Assembly (NCBI RefSeq): GCF_009914755.1
Contig: NC_060926.1
DNA: 64,000 nucleotides
Strand: one strand, 5' to 3'
Origin: the human T2T-CHM13v2.0 reference genome, Homo sapiens
In this document: positions 13,925 to 29,420 of the stretch, one piece after another
Layout: every line of letters begins with the position of its first letter
Position numbering within the stretch: position 1 is the stretch's first letter
Made by a program: the position numbers and the translations under genes
Notes under the pieces: model-generated
What the model saw: only the letters and a program-made list of their open reading frames with translations
What the model was told of the DNA's origin: nothing
Database searches by the model: none

Positions 13925-15337
13925 AAGAAATGGATTCCCATATAGCAAGTTCTGTCTGGTAGGATAAAGCTGATGCATGTGAAATAGTAGCAGAATTAGA
14001 TAGTTTAAGATGCTGTCTGTTCAATATTAAGTCAGTAGGAGACAAAAAAAAATATTCATCAAAAAACTGACAAAACAGATGAAGACAGGATGAATTATAG
14101 TCAATGGAGAATCCTTCAAAGAGGGTGTACCGTTTAACAACTACAAATTAAAAATTAGGCAACACATGTAAAAGTACATTAAAAGCGCCAAGGTACTATG
14201 CCCACGTGAAGTATTATTATTATTACAGCCTTGGGGTTCATGGTTACCATGAGGCTCTGTCCTTGGTGACCCTTGGAAGGCACTTTGGTAGAATCTTTCC
14301 ATTTCTGCTTCTTCTTTGACCTTTATCAATGATAGAAGTCCTACTTCGTATTTTTTTCTGTTAATATAAATGTGAAAGCCTACAAGTTAACACAGAATAT
14401 GTAATTACAGAAATATTAATACATAAATGATATCAATCCACCCAGATCCAGGAAAGCACCTTGCGCTGTACTAGTCACAGCCTAGACAGCAGCAATCTGT
14501 CTTTCCATGCAATACACCTCTGATGCTATTTCTGGTTGTAAGACTGCTCCCTTTTGGGTGGAGTTAAAATGTTCTCAGATTAGAAGAAAACCTGGCTACT
14601 TGAGAGAAAATAAAATCATGCTTCCTCCCACCCCCCATCCCTTCTCTTTTGCCTGTGGCAACTATAAGTGCAATAAAATGTGAGAGTGGGGAAGAATTGC
14701 TATGGCAACAAAGTGTGCTCTAATAATGAAAATGGCATCTAACGAGCAGAAGCAGCTAGAACTTTAAGGGAAAGAGAAAAGAAGTGTGCCTTGAAGAAGC
14801 AGGAAGAACAAATGTAAAAAGTTTAACGTATTCCCTTCTCCAGCCTACATATATTGGCCCATTTAGAAAAGTTAGATTTGTATCTTAACTTCCTCTAAGG
14901 AATATTCTAACAAGATAAGGTTTTATAATTTACTGGGAGAAACAGGAGGTTGGGGGTGGGGGCAGGGGTAGAAATTACCGAGTCATTCCTAAAAGTGGAA
15001 GGAGAAATCACTTCCTTTGATCTAGAAATATAGGACAATGTACAGTCACTTAGGGGATCCACAGAGGTATGTGTGTCCAGACTCTCTGGTTCTAGGCCCA
15101 GCTTTCCAGCTTCCTGATTTCTTTGACAACATAATTCTCTTCTCCACAAGAATTATTTATCAAAACAGCTTCCAAGTTGTAGAGGGGCCTGGAAACAATG
15201 CATACTCATCATAACTAGAATGAACATGCAAGTTGAGAACCTTAAGGAAAACAGGAGGGGTTGGTGAGAACCATACATTGGGTTGAAGTAAATTGAATCT
15301 ATTCCACCTATTTGTTCAAAGAAATGTATAACTGGGG

Positions 15338-15730
15338 TATCATTCAGAACTGGCTAGGTTATGCTGCAAAATAAGCCAACTGCAACATTTTAGTGGTTTA
15401 AGCAAAAAACGTTAATTTCTCATTCACACTGTCAACAACACAGAGGTAGAATGCTCAGCTTCATATCATCCTCATTCTAGGAGTTAGGCTGAATTTTGCC
15501 AGTATTGGGTCACGGATGAAGAAGAATATCTGAGGGTCTTGTGGGAGTAATTATTAATAAGTGCTCTTATCTGAAAGTGAGAATTGTCACTCATGCCAAT
15601 TCTACCTATAACACATTGGCCAGAATGACCCTGTCCGATTTCAAGAAAAAGATAATGAATAATCTTCTCATGTGTTCGGAAAAAGAAAAAAAAGAGACAA
15701 ACATGATAAATCTACTAAAGTATGACGGTA
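15338..15730 (-). mobile_element. Old MaLR LTR (MLT1J/K/L-like)
   Basis: GCTAGGTTATGCTGC...TTAGTGGTTTAA...TTTCTCATTCACA resembles a reversed MLT1 3' end. Confidence 0.55.
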
Positions 15731-15956
15731 CCCAGAATTTTTATGTAATAATGTAGGTATAACAAACATTTTACTTAAGATTCACATTTATGTTCTCTGG
15801 CAAAGTGGTACGCCACTGCATTATATGTAAAGCCATTTTATTCCCTCCAATAATGTGTATGGATAGAGACAGGAGAGAGGCTTAAGTATTCTAGGTAGCA
15901 CTAGTGAAGAAGCAGTCTGGTCATTTGAACTAACATTCAAAACTGAGGGATTGCAG

Positions 15957-15970
15957 ACTCCACCTACTGG
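15957..15970 (-). promoter_or_regulatory. CTCF-like motif CCAGTAGGTGGAGT
   Basis: Near match to the CTCF core on the minus strand. Motif match only. Confidence 0.35.
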
Positions 15971-17350
15971 CAACAGTGGCAAATTTTTCCAGGGGTGTAG
16001 GTTGAGGCCTTGTCATCCATCAAAAGTTGGGAAGATGGATATAAGGATCCGGTTTCTCAGAATCTGAAAGCTGCCGGAACCTCCTGACAGTTGCTTGTAC
16101 ATATTTCCTCATTCAGATCTTTGTTAAAGGTGTTCCTCAACTTAAAGCAAAAAAAAAACTAAAACTTGTTTTCCTACTTTCCTACTTTCCCCTTACTTTA
16201 GTTCTTCAAGCTCAGTTCAGGTCCCATTGCTACTCATTCCATTCTTTGAACTACCATTGCTCTCATAATCAGAATGCATTTCTTTTTTAAAAAAAAAATA
16301 GTGGTTCTCTACAATTCTATAGATTCCACTTTTTCTGCCTTCTCAGTGTAAACCCTGTGACAACAGTAACCATGCCTTTTCTCTTTTGCAGTCTCTCCTA
16401 GCCCTTAGCACAGGGCTGTTAACAAAGTTTACAGACAATACATATTTATTGATACACCAGCAATTGGAAAAGGAAGAATAATTTTTATTGAGAATCATCT
16501 GAACTAATGCAAATATACTTTGGGTAACTATGTTGTCACTAAAGCTTTATTTTAAAAGGCAGCTCTCTGATCTTGAGTCTATTGACACTTCAATCCTTTC
16601 AAGCCCCTTCCAGTGAGTTGGGAAAGGTAGTAAGAGAAAAAGAGTAGTTAGTGATGAGAACAATATGGCCTAGGGAAGTAAGAATTGAATTGGAAACCTG
16701 GAGCTTGGATTCTATTCTTGGCTCTGCTACTCAGAAGCTATATAAAGATGGGCCTACACATCTTCATCTATGAAAAGGGGATGCTTGCAATTGTCTTGGC
16801 TACTTTATAGAATGTTGTGAGAATTGAATAAAATCATTTAAGAGAAATCTGAAACTTTAAAAATACTTTACAAATGTAATTTTAAAGTGAGTTCACTAAG
16901 AAGGATCAAACTTGTATCTAATGTCTTTTGTGCTATGGGAGGAATTTCAGCAAGGGTAGGAGGTATGTCATAAATCTCTGATAACACATGTTCTGAACTC
17001 TTTGAAAGCATTGTATCTAATCATCACAAAGTCCTGTTGCTAATTGCAGGGGGTTTCTCCCTGGGCATTCAGTTCAGTTTGCGAAGTGTTATATTTATAA
17101 CTTTCTGAAGCCTCACTCCCTCTCAGAATCCCAGGAAATAAGAGTGTGATCTGATTGTGACTGAAGATTGCAGGTTGATATTGTCAGGCTGGTGGTGATT
17201 TCCAACAAAAGCAAAACAGCAGGTATCACTGAGAGAAGGGCAGTAAAGCTTTCCACAGCTCTAATAGGGCCTGCCTCCCCTCCTTCCTTCCCATTCTCCC
17301 TACCTCCCATTGGAAGAGAAAAAGATCATGGCTGCAGTCAGAATAAGCCT

Positions 17351-17395
17351 GCTTACCTACAAAAGTGGGCACAGGCGTGGGTGGAAAGACAGGCT
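17351..17395 (-). promoter_or_regulatory. Juxtaposed 3'/5' splice site (candidate recursive splice site)
   Basis: Minus strand cctgtctttccacccacgcctgtgcccacttttgtAG|GTAAGC, with the junction between 17357 and 17356. Confidence 0.35.
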
Positions 17396-18017
17396 TATAG
17401 GGGCTTTAGCAGTAGTGAAAGAATTACCAACAGCAGGAGAAACTCAGATTTTGAGGCATGTGGATGAGAAATAATGATAATCCTTCATGAACTGCAGGGA
17501 TTCTGTACTGGAGAAAAATATATGAGAGCTCAGCAGCCTACCCTACAAGGAGCTATTAATGGTGAGGAATATGGCAGACAACACGGGTGTGCAGGCAGGG
17601 CACCTGGGTTTGAGTTTCAGTGCCAAGTTATTACTGTCCTTAGCTTCTCTGAGCATTAGTTTTCTCACCTAAAAATAGCAAAATAGGAGCAATAACAACA
17701 GCTATTTCAAATCTTTGGTGCAATAAATGAGAATATTTATGGAAGGGCCTTTCCTTTAATAAGAGTAATTGGTACATAGCTTATAATTATGAAAAGACAT
17801 TATATCAATATTCTGCAGTGATCCAGGCAATGAGGATTATGAATGATTGTGATATAGATGTAAAGAAACAGACCTGGGAGCAAAAGAACTTACATCTAGC
17901 ATCGTGGACGTAACACAACCTGAGAGCTCGACAATGGGGAAAGCAGATTTAGAGTCCTCTGATTTTCTTACAGAAATTCTGAGATTATAGTTGTAAGGAT
18001 ATGCAGCATGTGAGAAT

Positions 18018-18857
<840 letters not shown>

Positions 18858-19257
18858 TATTCGAAGTAAGGTATTAAATGCTAAGTAAGGTCTAAGTGTT
18901 AATTTTAAGAGGTTTGCACATGAGAAGTGTGAGTGGGTAAGCAAAACAAAGACTGTAATGAAAATTAGTACACAAAATTATTTATTAATATTTGCTCCAC
19001 AACTTAAAGAAATGAAATTAGAGATAACCACCTACGTTCAACCTCTTCACTTCACTGAGGACATTCAATGAATACTAAAGCCCACAGATTCAATTGTCTT
19101 TTTGTGAAATAAAGTATGTGGCTTATACAACATGTAGAGGAGTTGTTGTCAGAGTGGGTAGAAGGTTTGCTTTGGGCAAAGGGATAGTCTTTTTTTTTTT
19201 TTTCCTTTTTTTAAAAATTAACGATGAACTACCTCAGCTCATTTTCTCATCCTACAG

Positions 19258-19310
19258 TCTACTGGGTATATTTAATCCAGTCTGAACTTGAGGAAAATAT
19301 CATGAGTAAG
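19258..19310 (+). other. Candidate exon (53 nt)
   Basis: cattttctcatcctacag|TCTACT...ATGAGTAAG|gtaaat. One frame is open (YWVYLIQSELEENIMSK). Confidence 0.25.
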
Positions 19311-20498
19311 GTAAATCTCCTAGACAGCTGTTTTATAAAGGAAGTTTTGTATTTTCATGGCGTAGTTACCAATATTCTTTTCAAATGAGATTTTTGGAAA
19401 TGATTTTTCTGCAAACTTGGAATGAAAATACCTGGATCAGACTTTGAATTCAGAAGGCAAGTTTTCACCTCAGGTGTTAAGCATTTGAATCAGGACCTGT
19501 CTGTGGAGTAGCTGTGTAATATCAAATGCTTTTGGAGAACACTCTTGAATATTTGCATTTGCAGACCAGTTCTGCAAAAGGGGTATTCTTCACTCATTCT
19601 ATCACAACTTTTCCTGAAGAAAATGCCATTGTTTTATAGGAGCAGAATTTAAAGCGTAAAACCTTTTGTATCCATTACATTGTCATTGATCCCCACAAGC
19701 CTCCGGATGTTTATCTGTGTGCTCTATCAAGACAGGAAGACATGGGTAAAATTAAAATTGGCGATAAATAATGTACCCACATTTAAATATTTTCTATTTC
19801 TGGAATTATTGCTAAGATGTAATATTAATGGAGAAACATTACCAAGACACACAAGGAGCATGTGTGTACATATGTAGGTAGTGGGTATGTTTGTAGGGTC
19901 AGTAGCGCGACACCTATAAGAGATAAGAGCATTCTGTCCACAAATTCTAACTGAACACTCACAGAAGGACTTCATAAATTTTTACAAATGCAACTCAACT
20001 ATTAAACACAAAGTAAAAACAGGAGCATCACTCTTGCTCACACCAGCTATATGCCTAATTTGCAGCTTTGCAGTCTTTTCAGGTTCCCAATGGACACTAT
20101 TCAAATTATGTAGCTTAAATGCACTACTCAGTTTGCCTGTCCCCACATATCACTGCCCAGATCTTTTAGATTTACCGGATTTTCCCACAGCTACATGAAA
20201 ATAACTGTTTCATCACATAATGATTGAGCTTTTAGTGTTTACCTAGTCAGGGACTATTTCTCTAATAAGCTATGCCTGAAGTAATTTCTAAAGCAACAAT
20301 ACTAAGAATATTTGTTATTGAATGGAGCCCTTACCAGTCATTAGTTGCTGTTAAGCCACAATTAGATCACTTTTTGACATGACATAAAATTAGTTTGGCA
20401 TAACTGATGCATAGGGAAAGCTGTGTACAATCTCTTGCTTTTTGTAATTCAAAATGAAAGGTGATGCTGTATATGCAGGGTAACTGGTTTTGCCCTAT

Positions 20499-20532
20499 TT
20501 CTCTCTCTCTCTCTCTCTCTCTCCCTCTCTAA

Positions 20533-20576
<44 letters not shown>

Positions 20577-20672
20577 GTATATATGCATATATGTATATAT
20601 ACATATATACGTATATATGTATATATATGTATATACATACATAGTGTGTGTGTATATATATACACACACACT
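20499..20672. repeat. Compound microsatellite (CT)n(TA)n(CA)n plus TA-rich degenerate repeat
   Basis: Directly visible. Ends in a 30-bp perfect palindrome at 20643-20672. Confidence 0.95.
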
Positions 20673-21151
20673 TGAATTAAGTGTTGCAGTTTATAAATTA
20701 TTTCAGGTTTAATTCATAGTCACTCCATTTGCACACTCAAATTTATCATTCCCTAGCCGATAATTGTGTATGTGTGTGTGTGTGTTGTGTGTGATGTAAA
20801 AATGAAGGCTAAAAATTGAAATGGTTTATATAAAGGTAATATCCATTTATCAAATGCTTGATATTTTAGAAACGTCAGGCAGGGTGCACATTTTTATTCA
20901 CTTTTTAGTTTAAATCTAGAAATTATTTGGCTGGTACATATGCTAGCTTTTACTAAATGTTATGTTATAAAATGCAAGAAGTATCTATGAACAGCTTAAT
21001 ACACTCCATTTCTGCTTCTGCCAAGAAAAAAAGTGGAAGATTTTGTGCTGTTGAGAAAAGAAGTGTTGAAATAACATTTTTCTACTATTTCTTTCTATAT
21101 AAAATGTTCAGGCTCTGAAAACTCATCTACAAATTACTTATGGGATATTCA

Positions 21152-21279
21152 TAGGGTAACTACACATCTGGGTCAGCTCACAATAGTTCTAGTTTAAGCC
21201 AGTGCCCTCTGTGAATAGGAACACCATTCCACTTTCAGAAGTGTCATGGTTTGAGTGATAAATTACATTAACCATCCTA
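21152..21279 (-). mobile_element. MER94-like hAT-Blackjack MITE
   Basis: Degenerate TIRs TAGGGTAAC...CCATCCTA and internal AAGTGTCATGGTTTGAGTGATAAATTA. Confidence 0.65.
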
Positions 21280-21529
21280 GATGTTAAGGAAATTGTTAGA
21301 TATTTAATAAAATTGTTGTCCTTAATTACTATTTAATTCAATTAGCAAGTTTTACTAAACATCTACTGAAGGCACATACAAAATGTTACAGGAGTATATA
21401 ACATGATTCTATCCCATAAGAAGTTTGCAACCTTTGTGTTTTTAATCCAATGTAACAAATTTGACAGTACTCTCGTAAAGAAAAGCACTGTTTCCCAGCA
21501 AATTATAACAGTCATATGACACAAGCTTA

Positions 21530-21995
21530 TATCTTTATGACCTTGCATACTTTATCTGACCTTGCTAAGCCTATTTCTGTGTTCATAAAGTGAAGACAAA
21601 TGGAGGATTCTTAACAGAATTGTGGTGAAGATTCAATGAAATAAAGTCTGCAAAGTGCTTAGCAGAATACCTGTCATATGGTCAAGCTCAAAAGATATTG
21701 GCCAAAAAAGCACAGACAAATGAATAGATGGATGGATGAATTAACAATTAACATATTCCACAAAATTAATATTTTTGTTGAAATGAATGAGAGAGAGGAA
21801 AGGGCAAGCAATTTTTTATGTATCCCTCCCATTCTCTCCCTTTACTTTCTATGTGATTTGGGGCAAGTTATTTCATCTCTTTGTGCCTCAGTTTCCTCAG
21901 CTCTACAATGGGAAAATAGTCCAAGTGCTGTGAGGATTCAGTACATGTAAAGCACTAGTCCGTAGTGATTGCTCATGAAACTTTAGTTATTGCTA
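21530..21995 (+). mobile_element. Two MIR relics (about 21530-21700 and 21840-21995)
   Basis: TGTGATTTGGGGCAAGTTATTT...GCCTCAGTTTCCTC and GTGAAGATTCAATGAAATAA...GCAAAGTGCTTAGCA. Confidence 0.7.
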
Positions 21996-23689
21996 TTTCG
22001 TTTAGCAGCTATTATTACATGAAAAACATAATAATGAGAGGAGATGTGGACAGTGCTCTACTGAAAAAAACAGCGGATCACATTAAATGTCTCCATTATT
22101 AAAGATTTTTAAAAGGAATGGTTTGCGAATAGGTTAAATCTAGAACCCCTCTGAGACTCAGTACTGTCCTCTTTCTTTCAGTGAGCATGATTACTCACAC
22201 ACATGATTATTTGCTGCAACTAAAACAACAAAAGTGAACAAACAAAAAAAACCTAGATGATGTGGTTAAGTCAGATTCAGCTCCTGAACTACAGGCAGCT
22301 TAAGAGGTTCCTTCAAGGCCAAATCTGAATGCTTATAATTCAGAGTGTTTCTCAAAAAAATATTCATAAAAATATTTGTGTAAGCAGTGCTTCAGTAACT
22401 GAGTGTTCTTTATCACAAGCAGCTGTTCTTCCTAACCTGCCTTAAAAGGAAAATTGTTGCTATTATTGTAGTTCCAAAGATGAGATGGAGGGAGGTGAAC
22501 TGCCTGGACTAAGGTCATGTATTATGTCAAAAGCAGAGATAGACCAGAAGGAAAAGTAAAAGTAAACAATTATTTTCTCCCAACAACAGTGATGCTTCAA
22601 TTCTAAGACTATTACCTTTCATTGCCTTGACTTTACATTTTGGCAGATTCTACTGCTTTTGAAAGCAGCAAGCTTTATACAATTCCACCTACTTGAATGA
22701 ATGAGTTTTTAAAAATCACAAATTTCCAAATGCTGGTTGTTAAACTTCAACTCTCAGTGCATTTATTAAAGAAACAACCTATCAATCTAGTCAGTCTACT
22801 ATGTTCTAAAATAATAAATGGAGAGTTGAATCTGGGCCCTATACTCATTAGCTGAGCAGCTAGCCTTGCTCAACTGGGGGCTTTTGACACTGAAACACAA
22901 CTTTTTCAAATAGCCAGGGGGTATGTGGGACTAGCTTCTAGTTCTCGTCACGTGTCCCTGTTATTTGGGAAAGCACTTTATTCAACTGAATCATTATTTT
23001 TCATCAATATTAAAAGCGGCAGTAGATCATGGAGTTGTAGCCAGACATCTCAAGTCAATGTAGAAATTGGTGAATATCAAATGAGGCAAACATTCTCAAC
23101 ATTTAACTTCCAACTATCTCATGAGAGAGTCAAAGCTAAAGAACAGAGACCATGCCTAGAAGAGCTTTGTAAGATTTCTTTAGCTTGACTTTATGGGTTT
23201 TTGTTCTGTTTTGTTTTGCCTCCTGGCTAGTTCATCATAGTAATTAATATGGAAATGTGGGATACCTCTTTTGTTATCTGATAGCAACATCATGGAGTCA
23301 AAAGCTGGGGTGCCAATTCCTTTCCACAATCTTCAGGGAAGAGTGATTTAAAGGGCAGTGATGCAAAGCAGGCTGAGCCCCCAGAGTCTTTTAAAAGTGT
23401 ATGTGAAGATCCACCTTGAGTTTGATGTGTGACCTTGGAGGTTTGAGCAGACAACTCGCATATGGAACTTTTATATTGAAGAAAAACAGTCTTAGCTGTC
23501 CAGGAAATTATAAAGGACACTCAAGAGCCTTGCTTAGTACCATCATGGCCCCATTGCCTATGGAATATAGTCCTAGTCTACCTCTTCAAACATATCTCCT
23601 TTCAAACGCACTATATTTTATGTAACCTAAATTATTTGCAGTTCCATGTACAAACCCAAGGCATTCCTGCCACAGGGATATCACTTAAT

Positions 23690-24840
<1,151 letters not shown>

Positions 24841-25679
24841 AAAGTCACCTCTTTACATCGCTAAAACTCTTTATGAGCATCTCAAAAAATAATTGATTCT
24901 TTATTCCTTGAAGGGCCATAGTTCCTAGAGGGTTTGGAAGCACCCAATTCCCAAGTTCCAGATAGCAAGAATGGTAAAATCTTTTCAAAGATATGTCACT
25001 ATTACTGTTAGGTTCTGGTTACAATTCTACGAACTCCCTGTGGGCAGAGTTAATCTGAAGTGCCTTTGAAAAAAAAAATGCCAATTACCTCTTGGTTTCT
25101 ACTCTCCCCAGTACCACGACATCCCCCCATGATTAATTCTCACTTCATTTTCCATACCATCAACTTCAGAGCCAGCACTGTCTTCAAACAAATTACTAAA
25201 AGCAACATGATAACCTGGCAGAATTGTCTTCACTTCAGTCATCTTTCTCTCTTTGAAGTTCAATCCCCTCTGCTCTTATCAGATTATTTTAGTAGATTGT
25301 ATGTGATGTTTTATTGGTTTTGTGGCTCTATTTCAGTATGAACATTTTGGCTTATTCTAACGAGAGGTGATATAAATTTGCTAATGACATGAATAATTAT
25401 AAGTCTAAACATTAGCTGGGTATGTGACGCTGGTAGAATGCCTCAGTGAAAAACAAACCCTGTAGAAGCCAACAAAGAGAAAAAATGACAACTATAATCT
25501 TTCTTCCCTTCTGGCAACTTATACGCAGACAGCACCTAACGCTGAGTACATAAGCAAATGGTAAGGAGGTGGAGGATATAAACTAAGTTTTCAGTTTATA
25601 AAGTTGGTAGATTACAGATAAATGGTGGATGTGGGCTGTGATGGGCTCTAAATTGCTGATTGAGATGAATAGCTCAATT

Positions 25680-26310
25680 AAATTTTAATTGTCTAATATG
25701 TATTATGGTCTTAATTGTTACAAGGCACTGGGGTAGTAATTTCCAAGAAAACATGAATAATATTGAGTAAGCATCATTTTTGTTTCAAAGAGCTTTTAAC
25801 TTAATACAGAAGAATATAAATGACTACATTACAAAGACATAGTTGCAGATTGGCAAAAAGATATAGGCACAAATTGCAATGAAGTTCAACTGATGAAGCA
25901 GTTATAATTAATTCACCTGTGTTTGCTGAGGAAGCTGGGGAAGAGGACAGGAAATGAATGTGGATGTATGTAAATGCTGAAAAAAGCCTTCCCCTATGCA
26001 GAATCTAGGATGAGTTCTGAAATATAAGATTTTAATAGTCAAAGATGTTCAGGAAGAGCATGTCAGGAAGAAGATGGCAAGAAGTGAACGTAAAGTTGGA
26101 AAAATTCAGAATACAGTAAAATAATCCACTGGGGTGAAGCACAGGGAAGTGACAGTAAGAAGGGCAAAAAGACAGATGGAGTCAATATTTCAGACAATCC
26201 TTGAATATCAGGCCATAACTTTGTACTTAACTTACGGGAAATGGTGACCTCAGAAGACTTTGGAGCATGGGTAGGAACATGATAAAAGTTCCTAAAATGG
26301 TAAGATTCTT
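25680..26310 (-). mobile_element. Highly decayed L2 relic
   Basis: Reverse L2-type motifs (CAAGGCACTGGGG..., CCTTGAATATCAGGCC..., GGAAATGGTGAC). Confidence 0.45.
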
Positions 26311-26479
26311 TTAGGAGTTATCAGAAGAATTGTGAAAGTGCTGCTCTCTTTCTTCCTTACTTAGTCTCTCTCCATCTCTCTTGGTCATTGGGTTCCAGAG
26401 TCTCTTTGGAAATAATCAAACCCTTTCTAAGTAATTTACACATCAAAGTTAAGAGTTTGATCAATATAAGTCCTAAAAC

Positions 26480-26597
26480 TGAGTAAATCCTCACAGTAAT
26501 TGTACTATTATTTTTCCCATCGTAGAGCTGAGGAAACTGAGAACACAAAAAGATTTGAAGTATCCTGCCCAAAGTTACCTAACTAGTAAAGGGCAGA
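26480..26597 (-). mobile_element. MIR relic
   Basis: ATCCTCACA...CTGAGGAAACTGAG...CCTGCCCAAAGTTACCTAACTAGTAAAGGGCAGAG. Confidence 0.75.
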
Positions 26598-27952
26598 GAG
26601 AAGGGGAAGGGGAAAGGGAGAAGGGAGAACCAAACATGCGTTGTTGAATTGTTATAGAAGCACACCAGTAGACATTTGCTTAATGTATTTAAAGCACTAG
26701 AATTTTAATGAGGTTTAATGAGTTGAACTAATAGTTAGAATTTCTAAATATATTGCTGACTATCTTGGTAGTTTTAGTTAAATATTTCTCAATTGCCTTG
26801 TTATATTGAACGAACATTTCTAGCCAAAGAAGTTTACACAGGAATATTTCATGTATTCTGTGCTTTCAAGGCTGTAGTTCTCACAGAAGAACAAATGGAG
26901 ATATCTAAAGCATGAACAAAGAGAAAGGGGCTTCTTACTTGGGCTTCTTACTTTGAATTGTAGACATATACTCTTCTGTAATATTTAATGAACAGGAAAT
27001 AGATTTGGTTTTGGAAAGTATGTATGAAAATAATTCTGCAAATGTTTTTAAAGGAAACATTCTCATTAATGCAGCTAAGGTGTTCTTGTTTGCTCCATTT
27101 CACAGCTATTCAGCTTTATTCTCACCCAGTGTGTGTGAAGAAGTCAGTTATAAAAAATGTTGTAAGTACCCTTATTTAGGGAAAAGCTAGCACAATATCA
27201 TTCCCTTTTCTCCATCAACTCACCCACAAAACGATAACTGCAGCTACAAAGGTGTTTTAAAAATCTCAAATTGGACATCATCCAGAGAGATGCAATAATA
27301 ATCCCCCTTTCTCCCCTTCAGTCTTCAAAACTGAGAAGTTGTGATTGCTCTAATATATGTTCCTGCCTAGCTACTTAGCCTAAGAATAAATGTTTCTTTA
27401 TTCATCCTTTGGCTACTCTTCCCTACTTGGGGCAAGCACTTGGGACAAGAGCAATGTCCCCAAAAATGCTGCCTGTGGTCCTCTGTCAGAGCTCAATGAT
27501 CATAAGGATTAATTTATTCTGACTGGCTTAAATTTACTCATATGGGTACATTTCATTTCAGTATAAAGTCCTCAGAAGGAAAGACCCAAAGAGGGTGTGT
27601 GAGTGTGTGTGTGTGCGCTATTGTCAAACATTTTTCTTTAATAAAAAATTAGTGAAACCTGTACAGAAAAATCCTTTGGATTCAAAAGTCAGGAGAGACT
27701 TGTTTCTGAGAGACTCAAAACCATTAGAAATCTGTAATGTTTTAGCTGCCAGATATATTGCGTATGCTTTTATCAACCAAAGTAGACATTATATAATTCG
27801 ATTTATGTATTTTCCATGAACCTGAAGCTTCATTAGAAGTTTGTATTTGGTCAAGAATTTTTAAAATGTAAATTCTACCTTATTCAACAATCCTTTCTCT
27901 AGAAATATAATTCAAGTAGCTAGACTATCTTGGCTCAGGCTTCTAGATAGAC

Positions 27953-28430
27953 TGTCTTAGGTCAGGCTTCAGAAGCAGCCTCTGAAACAAGAATTTATAT
28001 GTAAGTGACTTCTTAAAGAAAATGCCCCAGGAGAAACTAGAAACATAATCAAAGAAGTAGAACAGAGAGAAACAGTCCAAGCAAGAGTGCAAAATCAGGC
28101 AATGACCCACCGCAGTGGTAGTGGCCTGATGACACAGGTGCACTCTGCGGTATAAATTATGTCCCAAAGTTTGTCCTGATCTGTGGCAAAGGACCTGGGC
28201 TTTAACATCCTGTGCCTGCATCAGTCAGTTGTTCGCTAAGGGTGCTCCATGTATGCAAAGCTACTTGCTCCATGTATGCAAAGCAGCTTCTGTGGCCCCA
28301 GGGCAGAAATCAGAAAAGTCACAATGCAAGTAGTGAAAGCAAAAGCACAGTGGAGATGAAAAGGGGCACACAGAACCTGCCGAAGGGATGCAAGGTTGAT
28401 CTGAGCACGGTACTGAGAGTGTCCTCTACA
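27953..28430 (-). mobile_element. ERVL solo LTR (LTR33/LTR16-like)
   Basis: Reverse strand begins TGTAGAGGAC and ends ...GACCTAAGACA. Degenerate 5-bp TSD TAGAC/TACAC. Internal 23-bp tandem duplication at 28243-28284. Confidence 0.7.
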
Positions 28431-28555
28431 TACACCAAGGCAGTAATTAGAGGTAGATCTATTTACGTCTGAGTTTATTATCATTACTTGAGAATCCAAA
28501 AAAAGGGTGATTTGCTTTATTCACAGAGTGAAATACTATACAGATATTGAAAAGT

Positions 28556-29420
28556 TTTCATTAATTTATTCAACAAGCATTCTTTTGAGGTTGATATATT
28601 CCAGCTACCATGAATATATCACACAATACAGAAAAAAGAGTCTGCCCACAAGAGGCTAACACTCTAGAGGGGAAATAGACAACAAACAATAAGCAAAGGA
28701 GATGGAGAATGTAGAAGAAAATGGGTTATACAAAACAAAACAGAACCAGGCATGGTTAGGCAGGAGTTCCAAGGGTAAGAAGTATACATGAAGAAAGGAA
28801 AGAGATATTTTAAATTTAAAAGGTAATTGAAAAGGCTCAACTGAGCAAAGATTTGAAAGAGATGAATGAGTAAATATTGACACATGCATATCTGGTGAAT
28901 TGTTTTTCTAGTCAAGGGAAACAGTACAAAGGATATATGTAGAGGAAACCTACCTGCTGTGTTTGAAGAACAGCGAGAAGTTTGGTGAGCCTGGATTAGG
29001 CTGGGTAAGACATAGAAATAATGTAAGTGACAAGGTCAGAGAATCAACAATTCCAGATCATCTACAGCTGAGTAGGTCATGATAAGAACTTTGGTTGAGG
29101 AAGATGAAAAAGCATTAGATCATTTGAGCACAAGTGTGACATGATCTGACTTACATTTTTAAAAGAATCACTCTGGCTATGTATTCAGAATAGATGGGAG
29201 CAAGGAGATCAGCTGGACACTATTAAAACAATTCAGGCCCATAGTAACAGTGAATTAAACAAAAAGGTAGCACTGGAGATAGATGAGAAGTACTGGATTG
29301 CGTTATGGATGTAGACCATAGAATTTCCTGGCATATTGGATAAAAGGTATGAGGGGAACAAGAGAAGTGTCAAGGAGGATTCACGTTTTCTGCCTGAGAA
29401 ACTGAAAAGCTACAGCAGCA
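28556..29420 (-). mobile_element. L2a 3' portion
   Basis: TTCATTAATTTATTCAACAAGCATT start and TGACATGATCTGACTTACATTTTTAAAAGAATCACTCTGGCT. Confidence 0.8.

Noticed and set aside
20449-20675. Low-complexity YI/TH-rich ORFs on both strands
   Set aside because: Translations of a dinucleotide microsatellite.
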